DNA of 64,000 nt from Malacoraja senta (taxonomy: Eukaryota), in contig CM075988.1 of assembly GCA_038087875.1 (NCBI GenBank), positions 1,116,001 through 1,180,000 of the forward strand. The letters are read 5' to 3'. Below are positions 1 to 12,924 of the stretch, in pieces. Every line of letters begins with the position of its first letter. The first letter of the stretch is position 1. The position numbers and the translations under genes are program-made. The notes beneath the pieces are model-generated. The model searched no databases. It had not been told where the DNA came from and saw only the letters and a list, made by a program, of their open reading frames with translations.

Positions 1-437
1 CATGTATTTCAGACGAACTCGCGATGTGGGTTATTGAATGTATACACTTTTCAACTCACTGTGCTGCTCGAGCAAATGGTGATATGCTTTTAGATACATG
101 GTGGCATCCAAAGTTGCAGATTCTGGCTCAGGGGATTAGTAGTCGTTGTCTCACCTGTCAGCAATATAACCCCAGGAAGGGTATAACCTGCAAACAAGGG
201 AGAACCCCTTTACACATGGGTCCCTTTGAGACCCTCCAATTGGACTACATTGAGTTGGAAAGATGTCAGTTTTATAAATATGTATTGGTTATTGTAGATG
301 TCTTTAGTAAATGGATTGAAGCTTATCCTACTGTGGACAACAAAGATTCTATGGTTGCTAAAGTACTTATGAAACAAATTATATCCAGGTACGGAATCCC
401 AACTGGGCTGAGTTCGAATAATGGCCCTCATTTTGTG

Positions 438-862
438 GTTCAAATGTTCAAAGGTTCAAAGGTTATTTATTGGTCACATACACCATAGGTGTAGTGAAAT
501 GCTTATTGCCAATGCAGCACATAAAAAAAAAATACAGACATAACAATAATAAAGAGATTTAAACATTAAAAAACATCCCCCCACAATGGTTCCCATTTGA
601 GGGAAGGCACAATGTCCAGTCCCCATCCCATGTCCACCCATGGTCGGGCCTATTGAGGCCTCCGCAGTCGTCTTTACGGAGGCCCGATGTTCCAGGCCCT
701 CTCACCGGGTGATGGTGCTCCGGCGTCGGGAGAACCCTCACAGCGGCTTGGGAAACCTGGAACGGCCACTTCCTTACCGGAGACCGCGGCTTCCTGCATG
801 GAGCTCCACCACTGCCGATCTCGGCGAGAGATCCCAGGCTCCCGATTTAAAGTTCAGCGCCG
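438..862 (-). mobile_element. Non-autonomous retroposon (SINE-like) with a (TTTGAACC)n-type tail, inserted into the ERV integrase
   Basis: Tandem gttcaaa(t/g)g tail and an AATAAA on the minus strand at the left end, GC-rich body. Similar in layout to the 60980-63707 and 44150-44790 elements. The integrase frame resumes at its right end. Confidence 0.65.
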
Positions 863-1020
863 AAGGTGAACGAAGAATTCTGTGTTCAGTTGGGCATCCA
901 ACAGTAATTACATTGTGTCTATCGGCCATAGGCTGCTTGATTGGCTCGTTCAACGAGCCAATCAAACATTGAAAAATAAACTTGCCAACTTACAGATTGA
1001 AACAGGGACCAATTGGCTTA

Positions 1021-2847
1021 AACATAGAAACATAAAGACGTAGAAACATAGAAAATAGGCGCAGGAGGAGACCATTCGGCTCTTTGAGTCAGCACCGCCA
1101 TTCGTTGTGATCATGGCTGATCGTCCCCAATCAATAACCCGTGCCTGCCTTCTCCCCATATCCCTTGACTCCACCAGCCCCTAGAGCACTATCTAACTCT
1201 CTCTTAAAACCATCCAGTGATTTGGCTTCCACTGCCCTCTGTCTCAGGGAATTCCACAAATTCACAACTCTCTGGGTGAAAAAGTTTTTTCTCACCTCAG
1301 TCTTAAATGGCCTTCCCTTTATTTTGAGACTGTGGCCCCCTGGTTCTGGACTCGCCTCAACATTGGAAACATTTTTCCTGCATCTAGCTTGTCCAGTCCT
1401 TTTATAATTTTATATGTTTCTATGAGATTCCCCCTCATCCTTCTAAACTCCAGTGAATACAAGCCTAGTCTTTTCAATCTTTCCTCATATGACAGTCCTG
1501 CCATCCCAGAGATCAATCTCATGAACCTAAGCTGCACTGCCTCAATCACAAGGATGTCCTTCCACAAATTAGGAGACCAAAACTCCAGATGTGGTCTCAA
1601 TATTCCAGGACACAATACTCCAGATGTGGTCTCACCAGAGCCCTATTCAACTGCAGAAGAACCTCTTAACTCCTATACCGAAATCCTCTTGTTGTGAAGA
1701 CCAACATTCCATTAGCTTTCTTCACTGCCTGCTGTACCTGCACGCAGTGACTGGTGTACAAGGACGCCCAGGTCTCGCTGCACCTCCCCCTTGCCTAACC
1801 TAACCCCATTGAGATAATAATCTGCCCCCTTGTTTTTGCCGCCAAAGTGGATAACCTCACATTTATCTATATTATACTGCATCTGCCATGCATCTGCCCA
1901 CTCACTCAACCTGTCCAGGTCACCCTGCAACCTCCTAACATCCTCTTCACAGTTCACACTGCCACCCAGCTTTGTGTCATCCACAAACTTGCTAGTGTTG
2001 CTTCTAATTCCCTCTTTAATATCATTAATATATATGATAAACAGTTGCGGCCCCAACACCGAGACTTGCGGCACTCCACTCGCCACTGCCTGCCATTCTG
2101 AAAAGGACCCGTTCACTCCTACTCTTTGCTTCCTGTCTGCCAACCAATTTTCTATCCATGTCAACACCCTACCCACAATACCATGTGCTCTAATTTTAGT
2201 TACCAGTCGCCCGTGCGGGACCTTATCAAAGGTTTTCTGAAAGTCTAGATACACTACATCCACTGGCACCCCTTCATCCATTTTACTTGTCACATCCTCA
2301 AAAAAGAAGATTAGTCAAGCATGATTTCCCTTTCATAAATCCATGTTGACTTGGACTAATCCTTTTACTGCTATCCAAATGCCCCATTATTACCTCTTTA
2401 ATACAAGTGGGAGATTGTTTGTGCCTTCCTAAGTGAAGACAGATCCAAAGTACCTGTTCAACTCTTCTGCCATTTCCTTGTTCCCCATATTAATTTCACC
2501 CACATCTACCTTCAAGGGACCCACATTTGACTGCTAATCTTTTTCCCTTGACATATCTAAAGAAGCTTTATATTCCTGGCCAGCTTCCCTTCGTACTTCA
2601 TCTTTTCATCCCGTATTGCCTGTTTTGTTTCCTTCTGTTGTCCTATGAACGTTTTCCAATCCTCTGGCTTCCGGCTACTCTTTGCTGTGTTATACATCTT
2701 TTCTTTTAGTTTTATTCTATCCCTAACTTCTCCTGTCAGCCACGGTTGCCTCCTACTCCCCTTAGAATCTTTCTTCCTTTTTGGAATGAAATGATCCTGC
2801 GTCTTCCGGATTATGCCCAGAAATTCCTGCCATTGCTGTTCCACTGG
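1021..2847 (-). mobile_element. CR1 LINE (family A), 5'-truncated with internal deletions
   Basis: (TTTCTATG)n tail at 1021-1056. RT motifs YLDFQKTFDKVPH, GVPQVSVLGP and KFVDDTKL in ORF 1712-2293. C-terminal CR1 region in ORF 1319-1615. Confidence 0.95.
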
Positions 2848-3243
2848 CTCGGTTGAGTCCAGCAGAGATTGTATATGGCCGTCCACTATGAACCGCATGG
2901 AACCAGAATACTACAAAGGCTGTTCACTTTCATCACATGACAATGGAAATGACTAACCATATTTTATCATTAACCAGAGCATTGAAAGATGTACACTCTA
3001 ACCACTCCGTCTAAAATTGGACCTGGTACTTATGTAATGATCAAGAATTTGGTGAGGAAGAGACTGGACATTCGGTGGGAAGGGCATTACCAGGTCCTTC
3101 TAACAACCCCTACCACAGCCAAGTTGGAGGGGTGGGACGCGTGGGTTAATTTTCGCCACTGTAAGATTGCCAGTATGGTGCCTAAGACTTAAAACGCTAA
3201 CCTCTTCTTTCTTTTAAGAAATCCCTTTCTAGGATAAATTACG

Positions 3244-4308
3244 ATGGACATACCGCTGTTGTTCGCCTATCTTGGGACGTTGATTGCCATTGGGTCTGTG
3301 AAAAACAGAGTATGCCGATGTAATCTATCACCTATGTGAAGGAGGTGCACTGCAATGTGATGGCGATAGCAAGGATGGCAAATCATAATTATGGAGTATT
3401 GCCATGTTACCATGCTCCTTGTAAATTTGATTATGCACGTCAAAAGGAGGGAGTAAAAGTCCCGGTGCCTATTTAGATGAAGGTATTACAAGTAACATTA
3501 GCAGATTTGCAGATGACACAAAGCTGGGTGGCAGTGATAACTGTGAGGATGATGACTTGGGTAGGTTGGGTGAATGGGCAGATGCATGGCAGATACAGTA
3601 TAATGTAGATAAATGTGAGGTTATTCACTTTGGTGGCAAGAACAGGAAGGCAGATTATTATCTGAATGGTAGATTAGGAAAAGGGGATGTGCAACGAGAC
3701 CTGGGTGTGATTGTACATCAGTCACTGAAAGTAAGCATGCAGTACAGCAGGCAGTAAAGACAGCTTGTAGCATGTTTGCCTTAATTTTGAGAGGATTTGA
3801 GTTTAGGAGCAATGAGGTCCTTCTGCCCTAGTGAGACCACACCTGGAGTATTGTGTGCAGAGCAGGGCTTGTATACTATGGAGTTTGGAAGGATCAGAGG
3901 GGGTCTTATTGAAACGTATATGATTGTTAAGGGTTTGGACACACTAGAAGCAGGAACTGGGTACTGATTGTGGATGATTAGCTATGATAACATTGAATGG
4001 CTATGCAAATAAAAGAACAGTTGGATAACATGAAGGAAGCAAGTGACTGGGGTAATTGGGGCTTCGGAAGTTGGTCAGATTGGCTAATCAACATGGCTAT
4101 TGCGATTATTTGTATTTTTGTAGGATTAGCAGTTGTAAAATGTGTATTGTAGAGGATGCAGACAGCACTGGAAGGTAAAGGTGCTCCGAGAATGTTATTG
4201 GTGAGACAGGATGAAGCAAAGACTGAGTATGCTGATAAGGTGCAGGAAGAGTTTGAATGACTGGGAAGGATAGAAATAGGAAGGACATGGGGAGTTATCA
4301 TGGAATGA
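3244..4308 (+). pseudogene. env: ERV env remnant: signal peptide and N-terminus (3244-3470), and membrane-proximal, TM and cytoplasmic region (~4002-4308); middle lost and replaced by CR1
   Basis: ATG at 3244 gives MDIPLLFAYLGTLIAIGSV (hydrophobic leader) followed by a Cys-containing segment. From ~4002 the frame reads MQIKEQLDNMKEASDWGNWGFGSWSDWLINMAIAIICIFVGLAVVKCVL*RMQTALEG..., i.e. a Trp-rich stretch, a TM helix and a tail. It lies between the integrase stop and the PPT. Confidence 0.75.
3471..4001 (+). mobile_element. CR1 LINE 3' fragment with several internal deletions
   Basis: ORF 3557-3757 (LGEWADAWQIQYNVDKCEVIHFGG) and CR1 3' UTR sequence near 3960-4000. Confidence 0.9.
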
Positions 4309-5134
4309 TAAAAGGGAGGAATAAGAATATGTGGAATTGGGGATACTTTAGTACTAAGGTTAATGTATTCTGAGTTAAGTTTTAATTTCTTTATTTTGAC
4401 ATCATTTAGTTAAGTTTCATTATTGTAAAAAGCTCAAACTCACACAGGTTGAAACACAAGCATCTTTATTGTTCAGGTCTTGTAAGCAGGTCATTACATG
4501 TTCACACTGCTACTGCTACTAGCAGGCAGTGGGCAAGGCATTACACTATGAATGTTATAATTAGGTGGAGTTATAATTGCTAAGCATTCTAATTGGCTAA
4601 CATGCAATAGCCAATCTACATCTCTTCTTGTATAAATGAAAAGCAGGTAAGGCATTACAACTACAACGAGTAAATAAAATGTTAAATGCAAATCTCCACA
4701 TCTAATAATAATGGGGTTAAACATAATCGCCATATCTAACAGGTGGCTTGCTAACCTGCCCAGTCCTCGTACGGTATGGAGCTGGCTCATCAACCTTTTC
4801 CTCTGAAAAGTTGAGGGCACGGTTTGGTGAGCCCGACGGGCTATGGGGCGACACCGTAGGGGAACCCATGGAAGACCGTCGCAGGGGAACCGGTTACAAA
4901 CGTGGGGGCAGACCGACGCGGGGAGTGGACCGGACTGGCGGGAACAGATGCTGGAACGGATGGAAGAGCAATGACTTTAAAGTTGAGCGGCGGGGCATCA
5001 GGACCCTGGAACGCCGGACGCCGTTCCTTCACAGGAAGGAGGTGTTGACGGTTGCGTCTATAGATGGTGCCATCGACATCGACTAGGTAGGAACGCGGTT
5101 CCTTCGAGGGGCCATAAATGTACCCTAGTTTGGT

Positions 5135-6212
5135 ATGTCCTATGTTCGGTTGAAAGGAAATAGTAAAAAAAGGAAAGAGCCATGGTTTTCAAGGGAAATT
5201 GGACACTTGGTTCGGAAAAAGAGAGAGATCTACAATAATTATAGGCAGCATGGAGTAAATGAGGTGCTTGAGGAGTATAAAGAATGTAAAAAGAATATTA
5301 AGAAAGAAATTAGAAAAGCTAAAAGAAGATATGAGGTTGCTTTGGCAAGTAAGGTGAAAGTAAATCCAAAGGGTTTCTACAGCTATATTAATAGCAAAAG
5401 GATAACAAGGAATAAAATTGGTCCATTAGAGAGTCAGAGTGGACAGCTATCTGCAGAGCCAAAAGAGATGGGGGAGATATTGAACAATTTCTTTTCTTCG
5501 GTATTTACGAAGGAGAAGGATATGGAATTATGTGAGGTAAGGGAAACAAGCAATGGAAACTGAGATTCAAAGAAGAGGAGGTGCGGACACTTTTGAAAAA
5601 TATGAAAACGGATAAGTCTCCAGGTCCTTACAGGATATTCCCTAGGACATTGAGGGAAGTTAGTGTAGAAATAGCAGGGTGGTGTTGTGGATAATGAAGT
5701 AGATTTTCAAAGTCTACAGAGAGATTTAGGCCATTTGGAAGAGTGGGCTGAAAGATGGCAGATGGAGTTTAATGCTGACAAATGTGAGGTGCTACATCTC
5801 GGCAGGACAAATCAAAATAGGACGTACACGGTAAATGGTAGCGAATTGAGGAATGCAGTTGACAGAGGGATCTAGGAATAACTGTGCATAGTTCCCTGAA
5901 GGTGGAATCTCATGTAGATAGGGTGGTAAAGAAAGCTTTTGGTGTGCTGGCCTTTATAAATCAGAGCGTTGAATATAGAAGTTGGGATGTAATGTTAAAA
6001 TTGCACAAGGCATTGGTGAGGCCAATTCTGGAGTATGGAGTACAATTTTGGTCGCCTAATTATAGGAAGGATGTCAACAAAATAGAGAGAGTACAGAGGA
6101 GATTTACTAGAATGTTGCCTGGGTTTCAGCAACTAAGTTACAGAGAAAGGTTGAACAAGTTAGGTCTTTATTCTTTGGAGCGCAGAAGGTTAAGAGGGGA
6201 CTTGATAGAGGT
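5135..6212 (+). mobile_element. CR1 LINE (family B) internal fragment within Gypsy #1
   Basis: ORFs 5135-5563, 5687-5875 and 5884-6306 are nearly identical to the family-B copy at 12925-16736. Large internal deletion at ~5678 and no 3' tail. Confidence 0.9.
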
Positions 6213-6651
6213 CGGCAGATCATCAGGTGCTGGGCTGGAGAACCTAGAATGTTATCTCTTGCAATATTTCGCAGGTTCAACAGGTCCAGGTAGACATCAG
6301 ATTTAGCTAGGTAGGAGCGCTCCGGACAGCACGCTCGGCAAGTCCACTGGACTGTGGGTATTCTGGGCTGCCGGTGACATGTCGAAAGTTCCATCGTTTT
6401 GCAAAGTCTTTAATCTTTTGACTGGTGAATTGGGTCAGTCTGGAGACAAGCTGGAATTCCATGTGCAGAGAAATGGATCCTGAGCTTTTGGACAACAATC
6501 TCTGAGGAGATGGTTGGCAGAAAGTCAATTTCAACCAGTTAGAGTACGAGTCTACTAGCACGAGATAGTGCTTCCTGTGACAGTCAAAGATATCGCAACC
6601 ACCGATGAGCAGGGTAGAGCGGGAGCGGGTTGAGACAGTAGGGGGTGTTTT

Positions 6652-8413
6652 TAGAAACATAGAAAATAGGTGCAGGAGGAGGCCATTCGGCCCTTCGAGC
6701 CAGCACCGCCATTAATTGTGATCATGGCTGATCGTCCCCTATCAATAACCCGTGCCTGCCTTCTCCCCATATCCCTTGACTCCACTAGCCCCTAGAGCTC
6801 TATCTAACTCTCTCTTAAATCCATCCAGTGACTTGGCCTCCACTGCCCTCTGTGGCAGGGAATTCCATAAATTCACAACTCTCTGGGTGAAAACGTTTTT
6901 TTCTCACCTCAGTCTTAAATGACCTCCCCTTTATTCTAAGACTGTGGCCCCTGGTTCTGGACTCGCCCAACATTGGGAACATTTTTCCTGCATCTAGCTT
7001 GTCCAGTCCTTTTATAATTTTATATGTTTCTATAAGATCCCCCTCATCCTTCTAAACTCCAGTGAATACAAGCCTAGTCTTTTCAATCTTTCCTCATATG
7101 ACAGTCCCGCCATCTCAGGGATCAATCTCGTGAACCTACGCTGCACTGCCTCAATCACAAGGATGTCCTTCCTCAAATTAGGAGACCAAAACTGTACACA
7201 ATACTCCAGATGTGGTCTCACCAGAGCCCTATACAACTGCAGAAGAACCTCTTTACTCCTATACTGAAATCCTCTTGTTATGAAGGCCAACATTCCATTA
7301 GCTTTCTTCACTGCCTGCTGTACCTGTAAGCCAACTTTCAGTGACCGGTGTACAAGGACGCCCAGGTCTCGCTGCACCTCCCCCTTACCTAACCTAACCC
7401 CATTGAGATAATAATCTGCCCCCTTGTTTTTGCCGCCAAAGGGGATAACCTCACATTTATCTATATTATACTGCATCTGCCACGCATCTGCTCACTCACT
7501 CAACCTGTCCAGGTCACCCTGCAACCTCCTAACATCCTCTTCACAGCTCACACAGGCACCCAGCTTTGTGTCATTCGCAAACTTGCTAGTGTTGCTTCTA
7601 ATTCCCTCTTCCAAATCATTAATATATATGGTATATTACAGTTGCGGCCCCAACACCGAGCCTTGCGGCACTCCACTCGCCACTGCCTGCCATTCTGAAA
7701 AGGACCCGTTCACTCCTACTCTCTACCAACCAATTTTCTATCCATGTTAACACCCTACCCCCAATACCATGTGCTCTAATTTTAGTCACCAGTCTCCCGT
7801 GCGGGACCTTATCAAAGGCTTTCTCAAAGTCTAGATACACTTCATCCACTGGCACCCCTTCATCCATTTTACTTGTCACATCCTCAAAAAATTCCAGAAG
7901 ATTAGTCAAGCATGATTTCCCTTTCATATATCCATGTTGACTTGGACTAATCCTTTTACTGCTATCCAAATGCCCCATTATTACCTCTTTAATAATTGAC
8001 TCCAGCATCTTTTCCACCACCGAAGTCAGGCTAACTGGTCTGTAATTCCCCGTTTTCTCTCTCGCTCCTTTCTTGAAAAGTTGGATAACATTAGCTATCC
8101 TCCAATCCACAGGAACTGATCCTGAATCTATTGAACATTGGAAAATGATCACCAATGCGTCCACTATTTCTAGAGCCACCTCCCTGAGGACCCTGGGATG
8201 CAGACCATCAGGTCCAGGGGATTTATGATCCTTCAGTCCCATTAGCCTACCTAATACTATTTCTCACCGAATGAAAATTTATTTCAGTTCCTCTACCCCC
8301 TTAGATCCTCTGTCCTCCAGTACATCTGGGAGATTGTTTGTGTCTTGCTCAGTGAAGACTGATCCAAAGTACCTATTCAACTCTTCTGCCATTTCCTTGT
8401 TGCCCATAATAAT
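6652..8413 (-). mobile_element. CR1 LINE (family A), 5'-truncated, inserted into the Gypsy #1 integrase
   Basis: Tail tagaaacatagaaa. RT ORFs 7619-8242 and 7030-7476. The Gypsy frame QAPHQQ|KHPLLSQPAP rejoins across it. Confidence 0.95.
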
Positions 8414-11400
8414 TTTGCTGGTGCGGTGCCTGTCTGTTACAGATCGTGCATGATTCTGTCTTCTCCCGAATGTACTTGGTCATTCCAGACCAGTAGGTAA
8501 TTTCTTTCGCATGCTGTAAGGTAGCCTCCACGCCTGGATGACCACCGTGGATCTCCTCATAGTACTCGTTTCGCAGGGATGAGGGGATGACCGTCTTGTA
8601 ACCTTTGACAATCACTCCATCCTGTAGTACCAGTTCGTCACACACCAGGAAGTAGGGTCGAAATTCAGCAGGAGTGTTAGACTGTTTGTTTGGCCATCTG
8701 CCTTTGATGATGGAAGTTAGCAGTTGGGAGGTTTTATGTGCAGCGGGTGTGTTCGGCAAGCGGTTGGTGGGAACAAACGAGACTTTCAGGACGGAGAATT
8801 TGTCCTGTTCGAATGGGTGTTGTTCGCTGGTGGTGCGTGGAGCTCCAGATAGAGTGTCTGCGATGTGCATGTCTTTACCTTTTTTGTAGACGATGCGAAA
8901 GTCGAACCATTGTAGCTGCATCATCATCCGCTGAAGCCTGGCTGGGGCAGCATGGATTGGCTTGCTCAGGTTGGTGACAAGTGGTTGATGATCAGTTTCC
9001 ACCGTGAAGGGTTTGCCAAAAATAAAGTCTCTGAATTTAAAACAGGTGAAAACCACGGCAAGCAGTTCCTTCTCTATCTGTGCGTACCGTTGTTCAGTGT
9101 CAGTTAGGGTGCGCGATGCGTAGGACACGGGCATAACATCGCCGTTAAAAGAAGTTTGCGGGCATGCTGCACCTAGTCTGTAATGTAATGCATCGCAGGT
9201 GAGTGTGACAGGTAGATTGATGTTGAAATATGCCAGAGTTGGTGCACTGGCGAGCTGTAATTTCAAAGTCTTGAAAGCTCATTGATGAGCCGGGTACCAG
9301 GACCAGGTGTTGTCCTTGTGGGTCAATTGTTGTAGTGGGGCTGACAGTTCGCTGAGTTTGGGGATGAATTTGCCCAAGTAGTTGACCATACCTAAAGATC
9401 GTTGTAGGCTGGTGACGTGGGTTGGTACTGGCAGCTCGTTGATCGCTGCAGTCTTCAATGGGTCAGGCTTTAACCCGTGCTGGTGAACACGTCACCAATG
9501 TAAGAGACTTCTGAAACTCTGAACTTGCATTTCAGAGGGTTGAGTTTAAAATTAATGTCTCTGGCACGGTCCAGCACCCTTCGTAGGTTGGCATCGTGTT
9601 CAGTTGTGCCTCGGCCGTATACTAGGATGTCGTCAACAATGATAGCGCAAGGGTATTCTGCGAACAGCTGTTCCATTGCGCGCTGGAAGACTTCGCTGGC
9701 AGAGTTGATACCAAAAGGCATTCTTAGAAATCGGTAGCGGCCGAACGGAGTGGCAAAGGTTGTTAGTGCTTTGGCATCTAGGACTGAGAACACAGTTGCG
9801 TTACGGATCTGTGCCGCTATGTCTTAAGTGGTTCTCATCGGGTAGTGTTGGCGTTTAATTGCTGCGTTCAAATCTTTAGGATTGATGCAGATGCGTAATT
9901 CCTTCTTGTCTTTCTTGGTGGTTGCGACCATAGTGGAGACCCAGTCAGAGGGTTCGCTGACCTCGGCAATAACTCCGATAGAAACCATACGTTTGAGTTC
10001 GTCGTGTATTCTCTCTCGCATACCGTGAAGGACGCGGAGAGGTGCACGTACAATCGGGGTGACCGTATGGTCAACAGTGATTTTATATACTGTCTGTAGC
10101 TTGCCGAGTTTGTCATCAAATAGGTCCTTATAAGTGGATAGCATCTGTTGTGTTGGTACCTCCGTCAAACGGAGTTTGTGGACAGCACGCCCGAGATAAA
10201 CCAGACCCAAGTCATGGCATGCATTGATGCCAAGCAGGGGTTCTGAGCTTGGTTGAACAATGTAAAAGAGTAAGTTCTTTGTCTGCTCGTTGATGGTACA
10301 GTTCAGATCAGCTTTACCCAATAGGTGAAGAATTTCCCCTCCGTAAGCATGTAGAGTGGAGGAGTCTTTTTTCATGATCTCAGTGGTTCTTATCTTGTTG
10401 AACGTTTTGAGTGACATGACGTTTACCCTGGCACCAGTATCGACCTTGGCGATCAGGGGTTTGTTATTGATTATCATGGTCCCGGCAGGATCAGTCAATT
10501 TGCCTGGGGTGCGCAGGTTTAGGGAAAGTACGGTAGACTCAGTGTCTGTGTTATCAGAATCGTTCCCGTGGGAAGATTCGTCCTGTTCATGGGAATCAGA
10601 ATCAGACGTGTCTTGTTGAATCAGGTGCAGCTTTGTCCTTGGAGCTGTAGTCCCACTGGATCGACAACAATTAGCAAAGTGGTTGAGTTTCTTGCAATTA
10701 TGACATACTTTCCCATGGGCTACGCAAAATTGGCATCCCCTGGAGTGGAAATAGTTACAGTTAGAGCACATCGTGGCAGGCACATTTTGATCTTTGTGGG
10801 GCGCATTGAGAAATCTTTGTGGAGAATAGCTAGCCAGATTCACATTAAGTTGATGATGAATGTTAACACTATCAAAGTCAGCAAGTGGTGCTACAGTCTC
10901 AGCCATCCCACAAGCATGAATCGCTTGCTCCAAAGTCAGTTCAGCGTTCCGCGGCAGTTCAGCTCTTCACTTGCGGTCGCTCATTCCTCCCACAATTTTA
11001 TCACGAACTAGCTCATTTGTCAACTCACCAAATCTGCAACGAGAGCTGATATATCTTAAGTCACTGATGAATCATTCCACAGCCTCATCAGCCTGTTGCA
11101 TTCGGGCAAAAAAATCTCGTCCTCTCGAGTATCCTGTTAGACGGCAGGTCACACAGTTCTCTGAAATTCCTCAGCAGAACCATCGAGTTGTCAATAGTTT
11201 CAGCTGGCACCACTACCAGACCATTCCCGTCCAGTTGAGCTGGTGCAAATTCAAAAGAATCAACGCAGATTATAGCCTCCAGAACCGCTAAATTCAACAA
11301 TAGCGAAGTTTTCAAATTGTCGGGATCGTTTCGGTGAACGATGCGGATATAATGAGAGTAGTCCTCAAACATTCGCCATCGCTCGGCAACATTGGAATCA

Positions 11401-12106
11401 AACACGAGCGGGCTGGGTTTTCAACACGAATGAGCCATGTCAGCAAAATCACTCACAAATAAAAACTGGTAAACAAAATAAATAGCGTTAAACAGATATT
11501 GGGTCGACCCGATTATCTGACACCATGTAAAGAGCTCAAACTCACATAGGTTGAAACACAATTATCTTTATTGTTCAGGTCATAATCTTGTAAGCAGGTC
11601 ATTACATGTTCACGCTGCTACTGCTACTGGCAAGCAGTGGGCAAGTCCTTACACTATGAATGTTATAATTAGGTGGAGTTATAATTACTAAGCATTCTAA
11701 TTGGCTAACGTGCAATTGCCAATCTACAATTATCCTTGCTGTTAATTTTTCCTGAAAAATGTGTGATGTTTATGTGATGTTTAATGCTATTGTAATTGGC
11801 TAAGATGTATTATGCTGTGTATGATTGTAATTGGGTAGAAAGATTGTCCCCACCTATATAACCATGTGACACTGTAGTTATTGGTCTAAAATCACCACCC
11901 TTTGTAAGTTACCTCCCACTGTATCAACCATATATATATGCTAATTCCTTTGTTTGAGCACATGTGTTTCTCCGTGATCCACTGGGAGAGCTTCCCAGGG
12001 CGGTACAGAGAAACCTGGTCACCATGGTGAAATAAAGGATGATTTAAAGTATTCTGGTCGGTGTTTTCACTGAAATGACTAAGGGATATAAATACCTGAA
12101 TTATCA

Positions 12107-12800
12107 TCACCGAATGCAGTCTAACCGGCCTATAGTTCCCACTTTTCTGCTTTGCTCCCTTTTTGTGCAGTGGGGTAATATTGGTAATTTTCCAATCATC
12201 TGGAACCACCTGACTCTAGTGATTCTTGAAATATCACTATCAATGCCTCCACAATCTCTAAAGCCACCTCTTTCAATACCCTAGGGTGCAGTCCATCTTG
12301 TCTTGGTGACATCCACCTTCAGCCCTTTCAGCTTCCCAAGCACCTCCACCCCAGTAATAACCACTTCACTAACTTTCAACCTCTGAATGAGGGGCATACT
12401 TAAGAAAGAAATCAAGAGAGCCAAAAAGCGCAGGAGATATCTCTGTCAGAAAAGATTAGGGAGAATCCAGAGATTTTATATTAACAAAGAAAGAGTAATC
12501 AGAGAGAGAATAGCATCCCTCGGAAACTACCATATCAGTGTGGAGCCGCAAGAGGTGGGTAAGGTTTCCAGTGAATATTTCACCTTAGTTTTTACCACAG
12601 AGAAAGACATGAAGACTGGGGAACTAGGGGCAGTTAATGGAGTTGAAGGTTGAAGGTACCATAATTTCCTGTGGAATGCAAGAGAGAAATTGTATATCTT
12701 ATCCCTCAGATGAGGGATTTGGAAAGACAGGTTGTTTGGGATAGTCAGCATGGTTTTCTACATGGGAAATTGTGTCCCACAAATTTTATTACGTATTTTG
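12107..12800. mobile_element. Older CR1 fragments (minus strand ~12107-12380, plus strand ~12385-12800)
   Basis: MVPDDWKITNITPLHKKG..GNYRPV on the minus strand, and a degenerate ILKKEIKRAK...EYFTLVFTTE on the plus strand. Confidence 0.75.
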
Positions 12801-12924
12801 AAAAAGTCGTATTTTGAAAAAGATTTTTAAAAATGCAGCGCGTTTGGAAAGTTTACTTTCAGTGACTGATGTACAAGGACACCCAGGTCTCGTTGTACTT
12901 CCCCTTTTCCTAACCTGATACCAT

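Larger units (their letters stand above)
1..3192 (+). pseudogene. pol: Endogenous retrovirus integrase (3' pol), degenerate and split by two insertions; pieces at 1-437, 863-1020 and ~2848-3192
   Basis: ORF 24-488 has an H..H / C..C zinc-binding motif, LQLDYIEL, YVLVIVDVFSKWIEAYPT and RYGIPTGLSSNNGPHF. The sequence resumes at 863 (VNEEFCVQLGIQQ*LHCVYRP...RANQTLKNKL) and at ~2848 (LSPAEIVYGRP). ORF 2989-3192 has WEGHYQVLLTTPTTAKLEG, the C-terminal motif of gamma/epsilon-like (class I) retroviral integrases. Confidence 0.9.
4424..11728 (-). mobile_element. Ty3/Gypsy (Mag-like) LTR retrotransposon #1, full-length but degenerate, containing two CR1 insertions
   Basis: LTRs at 4424-4620 and 11526-11728 (TG...CA; about 12 substitutions plus a 6-bp indel). 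5-bp TSD ATTAT at 4419-4423 and 11729-11733. PBS TGGTGTCAGA and PPT caagaagaga. Gag 11088-11405; zinc knuckle plus protease DTGA in 9824-10933; RT IIVDD in 9470-9793; RNase H YAQIEKE/TDHQPL in 8373-9266; integrase SSGLAER in 6307-6660. Confidence 0.95.
4322..12106 (+). mobile_element. ERV 3' LTR in two parts (4322-4423 and 11734-12106), split by a Gypsy element; polypurine tract at 4310-4321
   Basis: PPT aaaagggaggaa follows env directly. TATA-like tatatatat at ~11931, AATAAA at ~12031 and a terminal ...attatCA at 12106. The two parts rejoin across the Gypsy TSD ATTAT. The 5' end reads TA rather than the canonical TG. Confidence 0.7.
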
